From Carcharhinus longimanus (lineage: Eukaryota), in contig JASCQW010000132.1 of the NCBI GenBank assembly GCA_030264375.1, positions 74,836,985 through 74,900,984 of the forward strand: a stretch of DNA of 64,000 nt, written 5' to 3'. A program made the position numbers and the translations under genes. Positions 52,389-64,000 of the stretch are shown here, piece by piece (the first letter of the stretch is position 1; each line of letters begins with the position of its first letter). Below the pieces are notes generated by a model that worked only from the letters and a program-made list of their open reading frames with translations, was not told the origin of the DNA and searched no databases.

Positions 52389-52642
52389 TACATAAGAACA
52401 TAAGAACATAAGAAATAGGAGCAGGAGTAGGCCATCTGGCCCTTCGAGCCTGCCCCGCCATTCANNNNNNNNNNNNNNNNNNNNNNNNNNNNNNNNNNNN
52501 NNNNNNNNNNNNNNNNNNNNNNNNNNNNNNNNNNNNNNNNNNNNNNNNNNNNNNNNNNNNNNNNTTTGCGCAGGTGCGGCGCCCAAAACTGCACACAGTA
52601 CTCCAGCTGCGGCCTCACCAATGCCCTATACAGCTGCACCCC
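52389..52642 (-). mobile_element. Young CR1 3' fragment spanning a gap
   Basis: (acataaga)n tail and [25 protein letters not shown]; CpGs are retained. Confidence 0.92.
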
Positions 52643-54339
52643 TCCTTTACCAAGCCCTGGAGAAAGACACACAAAAGTATGTAATGAGGGAATACACAAA
52701 GGTGATTGGTGATATATTTATGCATTATTTTAATAATTGACATTATTTTATCTATTTATTTCCTGGTGGCTTTAATTTTTGCATTGTGATCAGGTTAATA
52801 TTGTAATGGTCAATGTGTCATGCCCAGCACAGCTATGTCATATTATGAATTTTCAGTCAATACTTTTAAAAATTGGATACGAACAAACTGCTCAGATGGT
52901 GAATTTTGGAGTAGCAAAACTAAGAAGTCTCTGGCAAATACCTAATTAAATATGAATGAAGGTAAATGTACTGCAAAACTATTTGTGGAATTCACAGATC
53001 TTCTTGTTTAAGGATGGGTCAACACCTAAAGACTATGGAGTTTCCAGACTGCATACCAAACAAAAGGCAAGATCAAAACTTAATGGCCACTATCAACTAA
53101 CCATTTTATTGCAATGCCCTCCCCCATCTAAACTAGGTAGGGTGGGCCTCCAAACTGTTAATCCACTTATAATCAGAGTGTTATAACAGTGTTAACTGTT
53201 AATAAGTGTTAATTATTAGGACATTAATAGTGTCCTATGATGGAAGTTAGTTTCAGGGTATTATCCAGGAATCCAACAGATCCATCAGATTTCAGCCAGT
53301 CATGGGAATCAGACTCTGAAACTAGCTGCAAGTCAACAAGCAGCCAAAGTACTGAACCTGTTCAAGCTACAAAGTTCACCTGAGAACCATCCGCCTAGAT
53401 ATTTGACTACAAAACTTCAAAACATGCTGCGAAGCCTTCACTTTACCAGACCCTCATTTAATTTTTAAATAATCAAATCTATTCAAGTAGCCATGTGCCT
53501 TCCATGTGGAGACTGGAAATCATAATTACGAGATTGAATTAATTAAAAGTTGTAAAACTAGGGTATCGTTATCTATAACCATGGATATATACATGCATAA
53601 GACTGAGAGTGTAACATTGCATTAATTAGGGATAATTGTGTGAGAAAAAATAACTTTTATTTTAAACTCAAGATAGCTTGCTGCTGATTTTTTTAAAATT
53701 GGAAACACACTTCAAAGAAAGAAAAACATGTTTCTTTCCAAACAGAACTTTGAATACAGGATGTAAGAAAACAAATACATTCTGTCACTTACATACAACT
53801 GTGGGAAGGTATGGCATAGGAGACTATTGTTAAATGGGTAATTGGGCTTCATTTACTGATATCAGATGTCTTTTTCATTTAAAGCCTGGACAGAAAGGAG
53901 CTGTCTAGTTTGTCATCTCCCTTCCTCTTCTCTCTCTTCCCTTTTCTTGGCCTGGTCACCACTCATTCTGAGTCTTATTCTATTCCACTCAAAAGTGCAC
54001 CCATGTTGGGCCGCACCATATTTTGTAGGTGCCTCAAAGTCATGAAAAAAGCCTCTCAGTACCAGCCACATCATTTCCCATTGACCTCTGCAACTTGAAG
54101 AAGTTAAGGAAAAAAAATTAAATGCTTGTAGAACACTCAGAAGAAACCAGCCAGCACCAAACCTGTAAGGAATTGCTGAACCCCTTAAATAATACAGATG
54201 AGATTCCTTCCTGCTGCTTAAAGCATGTTCAACTATATAAGGTTAATCAAGGGTGTCACCTGGATCATTGAAGTCCAAAATATCACCAGTGGCACCAAAT
54301 CAGTGTTGCACACTGATTGATACCATGATCTATGGGATG

Positions 54340-54613
54340 AGTGTGGTATGGTGGCACAGTGGTTAGCACTGCTGCCTCGCAGTACCAGGGACCCAGGCTC
54401 GATCCCCAGCTTGGGTCACTGCCCATATGGAGTCTGCATGTTCTCCCTGTGTCTGCGTGAGTTTCCTCCAGGTACTTTGGTTCCACCTACAGTCTGAAAG
54501 GCTTGCTGGTTAGGTGAATTGGCCATGCTAAATTCGTCCTCAGTGTACCCAAACAGGTGCCAGAGTGTGGCGCCTAGGGGATTTTCACAGTAACTTCATT
54601 GCAGTGTTAATGT
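54340..54613 (+). mobile_element. V-SINE, alternative-tail subfamily (runs into a gap)
   Basis: Head, V-domain, ggattttcacagtaacttcattgcagtgttaatgt. Confidence 0.92.
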
Positions 54614-54934
54614 NNNNNNNNNNNNNNNNNNNNNNNNNNNNNNNNNNNNNNNNNNNNNNNNNNNNNNNNNNNNNNNNNNNNNNNNNNNNNNNNNNNNNNN
54701 NNNNNNNNNNNNNNNNNNNNNNNNNNNNNNNNNNNNNNNNNNNNNNNNNNNNNNNNNNNNNNNNNNNNNNNNNNNNNNNNNNNNNNNNNNNNNNNNNNNN
54801 NNNNNNNNNNNNNNNNNNNNNNNNNNNNNNNNNNNNNNNNNNNNNNNNNNNNNNNNNNNNNNNNNNNNNNNNNNNNNNNNNNNNNNNNNNNNNNNNNNNN
54901 NNNNNNNNNNNNNNNNNNNNNNNNNNNNNNNNNN

Positions 54935-55022
54935 AGTTCTATGGCTTGGTAGGTATAGATATGATCGGTGCAACTTGTGGGCCGAAGGGCCTGTTTGTGC
55001 TGTAGTGTTCTATGTTCTATGT
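54935..55022 (+). mobile_element. CR1 3' end (same subfamily as 4812-5027)
   Basis: ggtaggtatagatatgatcggtgcaacttgtgggccgaagggcctgtttgtgctgtag is nearly identical to 4950-5027. Confidence 0.9.
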
Positions 55023-55503
55023 ATTGATCAGGGGGATCAAGTCCTGATCAATTGATTGGCAATGGCCAAAAGGGGCGTAAAACCAAACAGGGTATAAAGG
55101 GTGCTGCACAACCAAGAATCTCTCTCTCTCTCTGACCCCACGGACAACCAGCAGGAGGAGAGCCACCACACCTGAGATGGAAGGAAGGAAGGAAGACCAG
55201 AACCTGAGTGCCGTGTCAGGCCAGACCAAAGGACCAAAGTACGCAGATGACCATTGAGACCAGCACACAGATAAAGGCCAATATCTGCTTGGGTACTTGC
55301 CAGTCATGCAAAGTTAAGTCAAGGTCTTGTGCTGGACTTCAATTCTAGTATTTCCTGTAAGATAACTTATTGTTGTTTGGGTGGGTGATTATTGATAGTG
55401 TGGGTTTAAATAAATATTGATTGTACTAATTAGACATCTACTCGTAGTCATTTGTCCACCGTATAAGGGTTAAAACAGACTGTGAGGCAGGCAATACCCA
55501 ACA
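55023..55503 (+). mobile_element. LTR-like element (solo or 3' LTR)
   Basis: ATTGG 55055, TATAAA 55093, (ct)n tract, AATAAA 55409 and terminal ..cccaaCA 55503. No PBS follows. Confidence 0.6.
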
Positions 55504-55737
55504 GAAGAATGGGTGCATACAGCAGTGCCACCTTAGTCCCACATCAACAATGGGCACCACCAAGTCTGATTTCATGCTCCTGAATTGTGAATTAAAAAAT
55601 CCTGTTAAGCAATGTCAAGCGAAGCAAATATACACTGAATAGCAAAGCCTATATTTTTGTTTTACATAGTACTTGATTATCTAGGGTAATAGGAAAGGAC
55701 AGTTAATCGCTAGCAACTTTTTCTAGTTATCCATTTA

Positions 55738-55857
<120 letters not shown>

Positions 55858-56142
55858 TTACTTCATGTAACTGGTTCTTTGGAACAGATACTTTGAGTGA
55901 GCACTGATCAAAAAGGACTGGCCATTAACCTGTTCGAAGCATCCAGCATCAAGATACTTTTGGTTGTCGAAATGCAGCTGACAGCATGCATACAGTCCTT
56001 CTAGCATCAAGTATACCAAGGAATATATTAGCAAAACCTGACTCTCTGGGTTTTATGAGCTGCCACCAGCTTTGCCACCTTTACAGCTCAGAGTCTTCTG
56101 AAGAAAAGGGTACGTGTGGGGACAAAGAAAGGACAGCAATGG

Positions 56143-56470
56143 GAGGCACAGGTGTAGTGATAGTATTGCTAGACTCTAATTCCAGAAGCTCAGCTAATGT
56201 TCTGGGGATCTGAGTTTGAATCCCGCCATGGCAGAAGGTAGAATTTGAATTCAACAAAAAATATCTGGAATTAAGAATCTACTGCTGACCATGAAACCGT
56301 TGTTGATTGTTGGAAAAACCCATCTGGTTCACTAATATCCTTTAGGGAAGGACATCTACTGTCATTGCTGGCCTACATATGATTCCAGACTTGACTCTCC
56401 AAGGGCAGTAAGGGATGGGCAATAAATGCTGGCCAGCCAGCGATGCCCATGTTTCACATATGAATAAAAA
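56143..56470 (+). mobile_element. tRNA-headed SINE family B
   Basis: gagtttgaatcccgccatggcag..gaccatgaaacc..gggatgggcaataaatgctggccagccagcgatgcccat. Confidence 0.9.
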
Positions 56471-56646
56471 TAACTGTTAGGAGGCTGGTATCGTCTCCTG
56501 AATTTGGAATTGCAAATTCAAGATCAGCAAAACAGACCAAAAGTGATCTTGAAAAATGACACCAAAGCTCTGGAAAACTTTGCAGATAGTAATAGGAGAC
56601 CATGGATGCCATCTTCTAGTGTACATATATATAGATATATATATAT

Positions 56647-56945
56647 GGGGCGGCATGGTAGCATAGTGGTTAGCACTGATGCTTCCCAGCACCATGGACC
56701 TGGGTTCAAATTCGGCTTGGGTTACTGTCTGTGTGGAGTTTGTATGTTCTCCCCATGTCTGCATGGGTTTCCTCTGGGTGCTCTCGTTTCCTCCCATATT
56801 CTGAAAGACATACTGGTTAGGTGCATTGATCTGAACAGGCTCCAGACTGTGGTGACTAGGGGAATTTCATAGTAACTTCATTGCAGTGTTAATGTAAGCC
56901 TTACTTGTGATAAGTAAATAAACTTTATTTTTATTACTTTATTTT
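56647..56945 (+). mobile_element. V-SINE, alternative-tail subfamily, next to a (TA)n tract
   Basis: ggggcggcatggtagcatagtggttagcact head, V-domain and tail. (TA)n at 56625-56646. Confidence 0.92.
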
Positions 56946-58732
56946 ATATAGGCTTATATTTTATAAATTCATGCAGAGGTCTTATATCTCTAATATATGT
57001 AAAGTAAACAATATTTGTGTCCTACACATAGAGGTTCATGCACCCTTTGTTCTTATTGTTACTTCCAGAACATTACTAAAATCAGAGCTATTGCATTCCT
57101 TTTTAATGCTACAAACTATTTTATGGTGCTGAAAAGTAGCTCCAACTAAGAACTCTCAAGAAGAAGGGGAAGAAAAATACACCAAATAAAAATCAACACC
57201 AGAAATCAATGCCGAAACGGCAAAAGTCAATTTGGGATACTGCATTTCAACATCGAATGATGCATTACACAACCTCCCAGTGTTCTTAGCAATGGCAAGT
57301 GGGAAACTACACTGCTGACATCCACTGCATGGACTAAAGTTGATTATCTGTTGAGTTGAAACAAATATTTCTTTACTTCATCTTAGAATCTCCTTTTGTG
57401 AATTGCCCAAAATCAATTTAAATGCTTCAATCCGCCAACTGTTGCTTACTTTGTAAATAACTCTTTTACTTTTAATTACACAAATTGCTTGAAGATGCTG
57501 ATTTTTCTATGAAGCTAAGTGCATATGAGAGTTTCCATTTCTAAGGTCCTGAAAGTGTTCATTTGGCCCCACATACAGATAACCTGTGCAGGTAAGGAAA
57601 TAATTTATATTGCTTGTTGTCCTGAGCTGTCCAAAACCTGCTCAAAAAAATGGGTTAGGTACTTACTCAATTCTGGCAGCAAAGTACACAGCAATTCAGC
57701 ATTGTTCCACCATTAAAATCTAAATGACCTAGAAAGAAAATCAATATTTCTAGTCAGCCTTCTGGCTACTGTTTAGCCAGTGGGTATAGATTTCCTTTGG
57801 TTTTCTTAGTTCCTCAGGGAGAATTGTAACCCTAGGGAAGTAATAATGAGTTTGCAGCCTAGTTTAGCTCACTGCTGAACATCTGAGTAGTTGAAATTGT
57901 ACAGTGTCAGCGCTTTGTATTATAGATTAGACTTATCATTGGTCTATTGTTATAGGGTGGCAACATCCTCCTTAACCTTTGGGCACTACACAGGAGTCTG
58001 TGGTGCATTTCATATTTACTAAGGAAAGAGTCAGTCAAATTAAAACAGTTCTGGGGAAGACAATATCACACTACTGATATTTTATAGATTTGATTGAACT
58101 GAGTTGCAGTTTAAAAAATGGAAAAAAATGTACGAACAGAATTTGTGACTTTGCATTTGTCTGTTTTGTCAATTAGTACTAGCTTAATTGCTGAGTGTGG
58201 TTACAATAACACCAAAGGGTGAATAATGTTAATGCTTCTACGAAATTCAGGTTTCAAAAACACATTTAGAGCTCCTTAAAAAGGAAGAATAATGCTGATG
58301 GAGTTAGAACCCATTAACACTAATAGATGTTTGTTGTCTTGTTGAGGAAGGCAAGGCAGTCAATGGTTACCTGAGGGACAGCACTGAGTTGGATCTCTCT
58401 GCTACACTGGTAAGGGAGAAGTCAATCACATTTTTTTTCTACTCAACTGAGCTTGATCCAATCTAGCATTGTGAACTAGGTGTCTAACAGTTAAGATTTG
58501 CAGTTTTGAGTATTTATTGCCACAGAAATAGAATTTCCTTTTAGTTCCATTGTCAAAGGAACAAGTTGTGAACTGAGATTAAGACTTAAAGAAGTCAAAA
58601 TTTGCTGACTGCTTAGTAAGTAAATTTACCAACTAGTGTGATACTGCACCACACAGATCAAGGAAGTCACTTTTCAACCACTATTCTGTCAAATTAGCTC
58701 AGCTTCAGGCTTCCTAATTTTAGCTATTCTGC

Positions 58733-59090
58733 TTTTTTTCATATTTTCATTCATGGAATCTGGGCATCGCTGGCTGGGCCAGCACTTATTGACGATCCCT
58801 AAATGTTTTTGAATTGAGGGGCATGCTAGGCCATTTCAGAGGGCAGTTAGGAGCCAACCACATTGCTGAGGTTTGGAGTCACATGTAGGCCAGACCAGAC
58901 ATGGATGATGAACCAGATAGATTTTTACCACAATCGACAATGTCAGCATTAAACTTTTAACTCCGGATTCTTATTGAATTCAAGTTTCACTATCTGCCAT
59001 GGTGAGATTTAAACCTCAGTCCCCAGAGCATTACCATTGGTCTCTGGATTACTAATCCAGTGATAATACCACAACACTACCGCTTCCCCT
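58733..59090 (-). mobile_element. tRNA-headed SINE family B
   Basis: attcatggaatctgggcatcgctggctgggccagca..ggagtcacatgtaggccagacca..tctctggattactaatccagtgataatacc. Confidence 0.9.
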
Positions 59091-60354
59091 AGGTGCATCT
59101 ATTTAGAAAGAATCGGGTTTCTCTGTTACTCCCTCTCTCTATTATCTCCAGGTTAGACTATCTGCAAAATCCACTAGTTAAGGCTAATTAATATTTGCCA
59201 ATTTGAGTAGCTTGCCTTGGCGGACCTGACTGAAGTGTTTCACAAGTTGTTTTTTCTGCTCCATGATACCCTGGATAACGGATTTGTGCACAATATATGG
59301 ACCTTCTCCACTGTTTAGGTCCTTGGAACCTGATCATCACACTGTACAAGTTATTCCTAGCCCATTGAATAGTTGATGAAAGTGCAGTTATCAATTCAAC
59401 AAGGCTTGAAATATAAATCAGAGCTATGCAAGATTTATGTTTCTTGACACCAATGCTCCCTCAAGTCAGAACCCACTGTGATGACAAGATTTGAAGGTGC
59501 TTTCATTTGGCTCTGTATAAGAATGCATTCACAATTTAGCTAAGTGGCAAAAGTATTTGGCAATTGAACAGTTAAAACATGAATCGCTGCCTGATCTCCA
59601 TCAAATTTCATGACAATTAAAAAAACAAAGAAATCAAAAAGACTTCATTTGTGTGGCCTACTGAAATAGTCTTAATTGGTTTTCACAGAGCACTAGATTC
59701 ATGCTCTGTTCACCTCTGACATTTCAGCCCCAGATAGTCTAAATCATCAGAATCATGCAAAAGCTTATAAATGACCAAACGTGAGATCTGTTGGTTTTTA
59801 AAATCACAAATCCCATAAATTATCCATCCTTTATGCAGCCAGTCACAATTTAAGTCAGAACTGAAAAGGTGTGACCTTCAGAACACTTCCTTATAATTCT
59901 GACACATAACAGACCGGAGATCTTTACAATAGCTATGAGTCATTATGACCATATGAAGACATTAGAGAAAGATTTTCACTGTTCAGTGTGGGAAAATCAT
60001 TCTTTGCACTTGCATTTCCAATTTTATTAGAAAAGGCATGCAGAGAAAATGTCCCTCCTCAACCACCATCCCATATTTGTTGAGAATTTTTAAGTTCAAT
60101 TCTTTTTCAAGTAAAGGTTCAGCTAAAACCATCACACGTCATGATTTGTGTTTAAAAAAAATCATCTGTGCTATTTTTGGCTCAGAGCAAAATCACATTT
60201 TTAATAATTTATGTTAGCAAGGTTGACATTCATGGTCTACATCATTGAAAAGTGACCAATCCACAGACACAGCAGGGGCCTATTCATACTCAACACAGCA
60301 GGACCAGAAGAAACTGCTTGGCTTAGGAGTTTTGCATTCACTAACTAAATAACT

Positions 60355-60650
60355 AAATTGCCCTCAGTGCCTTGAAAAAGGTGGGCCTTCCCTTTTTAGC
60401 AGTTTGGTCCAACCGAATGGTTTATTCGGCTACTTAAAAGTCAACTATATTGGAATGGGATTGGAATCACATATATAGAAAACAGGTTTATTTCATTGCT
60501 CAGCCAGTTGGCATTTTACAACAACCCGACAGCTTTTACCTGTTACCAGTTTTTAAAACTGAATTCAAATATTGAAAATCTGAAATACTCTGGATTATTA
60601 GTCTAGCCCTTGGAATGACTTGTCCAATAATATAGGCTACCATATCACTA
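60355..60650 (-). mobile_element. Degenerate family-B SINE
   Basis: ttggaatcacata..ttttacaacaac..actgaattcaaat..tctggattattagtctag. Confidence 0.5.
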
Positions 60651-62002
60651 ACATTCAAGAATGAAATGAGTCCTGCTTTTCCTCAGCGTAAATTATGCAT
60701 CCCTGGAAACAAATGGCAATAAGAACTTGTTTATCTAAAGGTTTGAGTTCATTGTGTAAAAAAGAGAAACAAATGGACCTGGTAAAAGAAGTAAATTTAA
60801 CACCCCTGTATTAGAGTAAAATCACATGTTAGTCAAATGCCATATCTCATTGTCTCAATATCAGCAGAACTCATCAGCAAGGTTGTTTACTTTATAGGTG
60901 AACACACAGCCTGAAGCTAGAAGATTACAAACAAGCTGTTGGATGAAGGTTTAATGATAAGCCTACATTGGCAAGATCAGAGTTTTAAAACAATGTTAGT
61001 ACTGTCTAACAGATTAACCAGTGACCATCTGTGATTTGGGAGAGAGGGTGGTATTAGAATGATCTCCCTGCAGTTGCTGTGTTAGAGCTGTATCAGAGAT
61101 AGATGCTCTCTGGGGTAGTTTCCTCCATGCTTGAATCAGGAATAAACTATTGTAACCTGCCCCTGGGTTCCCCTGTGGTTAGTTAGAAGAAATCCACCAC
61201 AAGAATCTTAAATTATACTGCAATCGTTTTTTTGCATTTCATGTTTTGTTTTTGCTGTGCTTTGTTGCCTTTTGCAACATGTAAGGGGAAATTATCCTTT
61301 GTCATTCTGCCCAAAATCAGGTGCGATTTGGTGGAGAATGTCACAAAGTTCAGCAGTGAGCCCTTACTTCACTTAATCACTGAGGATTTTCTATCTTCTC
61401 CTTCCGATAGCACTTCAAATGATTGTTTCTTCCCAGTCCATTGCATGCAAGATGTCCCTGGCATCTAACAAGACTACCTTTTTTACCCACTCCAATGTTT
61501 GCTGCTTTCTAGGACCATCATGAACAAACCCCCTTTGTTCCCACGATTTCCCTGTAGTGGCTCATTGTCAATCTGTCAGCCCACAGATTCACCTATTGAG
61601 AGCCTTAATATAGTCCAAGGGCTTCCCTGGGAGCCTCTCTTATGACCTTTGAGACTAGGTTCCTAGCATCGGCTGCTGTGCTGCAATGGTACCCCCACTG
61701 CTAAACCATGCGGATCCCCTCTCTGCCTTTACACTGGAAAGCCTTCTATCATTGTGGGAATCCTCTTATGAGCTCACTGTACAAAATGAAACATTCTGCA
61801 ACACTTGTAAATGGGTCAGAGCTGGTATGGATAGGGTTTCTTGGAAGCAAGTTGCCAGAACCACTCAGAAGAAGAAAATCCTCAACATATTTAAAATGTA
61901 TCTGAATAACACACTTTCTGCTCTGAAAATAAATGGAAGTATTTTGGTATTCAGATCATTAAAAGCTAAGAGAAGGATAGTGAAACTTGAATTAGCTTGC
62001 CT

Positions 62003-62596
62003 TGAGGCAGCACCCCTGCCTCCGAGTCCACAGGTTGAAGGTTTAAAACTGCACTTAAATACATAATTTCGGCTGACACTTCAATGCAGTACTGAGGGAG
62101 GGTTGAATTGATGAAAGCTCTTTTCATAAATGTAGCCAACGTTTTGATAGAACAGATCATAATACTAGTAGAAGTCACAAGCATTCTTACTTTGCTATTG
62201 TCTAATTGTCAACTAAGCTCAGTTGGTCACACTCTCATCTCAGCATCATAATATTATAAATTCAAACTCAAACTGAGCACATAAACTCAGCTGACACTGA
62301 TAAAATGTTAAATGGAGTCCCATTTGTCTGTTGAAATGGTCATTAAAAAAATCCCACCAGCCTGTTTTGAAGAATTAAGTTAGGCATTCTTCTGATATCT
62401 TGTTCAACCTCTTACCCAGCACCACTGAAACATATCAACTTGTCATTCACCATATTGTTGCCTGTGGGGCCTTGCTGTGTTCAAATTGGTTGCTGCTAAG
62501 CACCAATGCCGACAGCTGAAAAGCAATGAAAAGGCTACGAGACAGCCCGAGGAGTTTTGATGTTGTGAAAAGCCCTAAATAAATGCAATTTCTTTT
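62003..62596 (+). mobile_element. Two Deu-domain SINE relics (5' fragment 62003-62135; longer copy 62214-62596)
   Basis: ggctgacacttcaatgcagtactgagggag core; gctcagttggt head; tgtggggccttgctgtgttcaaattggttgc; tail aaataaatgcaa. Confidence 0.7.
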
Positions 62597-64000
62597 TGCC
62601 AGTTTTTTGCCAGAGGCTGCTTTACTTCAGGTCAATAAATGGTTAACGGAGAAGGAATAAAGGTGGGTTAGATAAATAAGATTTCAATCCAGTAGGCCTT
62701 CCACAGCAGTTGGTTCATCTACATGTTGAAGATTGACAGGAAATGTTTTTTTATATAATAATAGTACTTATATTGTCACAACATACGTGCATCATTTTTC
62801 TGATAGTAGTGCCTGTGTAACCCAGTTTACTTGGACATAGATACATAAAAATCTCCCTGTTTATGTTTTTCTAACTGATCGTTTTAATTCAATTGGGAGA
62901 TTAGGAAGACTGAAACAATTATAACATTTCATTTGCTGTGTAATAAGTCACTAATGACCACAGTAATGTTGAAATTCCCAAGTTTGGCAATTTTTTTAAG
63001 TTAAATAACTTTTGATTCACGATGTTTCTCTAAAGTTCACAAGGGCCTTTCATCAATGTTCAATTGGTGAGACAGGCTTGGACATTTCTACCACTCCGTA
63101 ACAGATCCGTACAACGGAGTTTGTATAAAAATGAATGTAAAGGGCAGAATGGAGTTGGGAAGACTCTATGGACCTTTAACATGGCAGATGGTATCCAAAT
63201 GTAAATCCAATTTCTGCTGTTAGTGGAAAGGGGGTGAAATGTAGTTCATACAGGATGGAAACCTGAACTCAGCAGGGCCATTGTAACTCAGTACTGTGTT
63301 CAACAGAACTCAGTCTGCCTATTGCAAAGGCTTAACCCACAGTATGGGAGCCGCAAATTGATGAAGTACTGATAAACTCCCTTCAAAGGCAGTGGTCAGG
63401 CGAGACAGCATGTCCCGTGAGAGCTAGAAGATTAACAGCTTCTGAAAAAACTGTGATAAAGTCCCAGAAAACATAGGTGCTACTGCCAGGTGGTGTCCGG
63501 GCACCTGCTTGCCCCAGATCCACCTGCACCTGCTTCCAAGGTGGACAGGATCGATTCCATCCTGTGCCCAGCCACTTGGAGAAGGCTTAACCTTGATACT
63601 TCTATTGGGAAGCAAATTAGATTTGCAAAATTACATAAAACAGAATGCTACAGCACAGAAATATGTTATTCAGTCAATAAAACCTGTGGTGGTATTTTTA
63701 TCACCAGAGTTGAAGTTGAGACTCAAAACAAAGAGACAGTTGCAATTTTGAGGACCTGGCCAGACTTGCATTGGATCCCTGGGTAAATAAAGCTAAACAT
63801 TAAAGAACCAAAAGGCATGGAAACTCAGGTCATGTTCAGAATCACAGGGGTTAGATGTTGGACTACTGACTAGTAGTGGGCGCCTCCTCAGCTGCTAAGA
63901 AGAGGCTTTGTTCATTTTGAGGAACAATCCTTGTTTGCGTTTCGTTGTTGAGCTGTGGTCACTAAATGAGCACCCCGCAGCTGCTCACCAGCTCCAGAAT

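Noticed and set aside
53178-53240. Short AT-rich inverted repeats (taggaca/tgtccta; taacag/ctgtta)
   Set aside because: Stems of 6-7 bp are expected by chance in AT-rich DNA.

Overview
Eukaryotic (vertebrate) genomic DNA, very likely from a shark. The dense HE1-type V-SINEs, Deu-domain SINEs and CR1 LINE tails fit a carcharhiniform-like shark, although the taxon is inferred only from the repeats. The window appears almost entirely intronic. The only convincing host coding sequence is one 129-bp, phase 1-1 EGF-like-repeat exon (10826-10954, +) of a MEGF10/MEGF11-family gene. Most of the rest is decayed, often nested transposable elements: four SINE families, many CR1 fragments, a near-complete dead RTE LINE, two dead Gypsy-type LTR elements (one lacking RT/RNase H), two isolated LTRs, Penelope-type terminal repeats with a decayed hammerhead motif, and PIF/Harbinger-like MITE relics. 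There are many assembly gaps. I see no intact novel multi-gene system. The best leads are a tRNA-headed element that occurs both as a SINE and as the 5' end of an endonuclease-coding LINE, a local templated insertion inside a SINE, two alternative 3' tails on the V-SINE, an RT-less Gypsy derivative and a repeat-poor candidate enhancer block. Family names come from recalled consensus features, not database searches, and repeat boundaries are approximate unless junctions are quoted.
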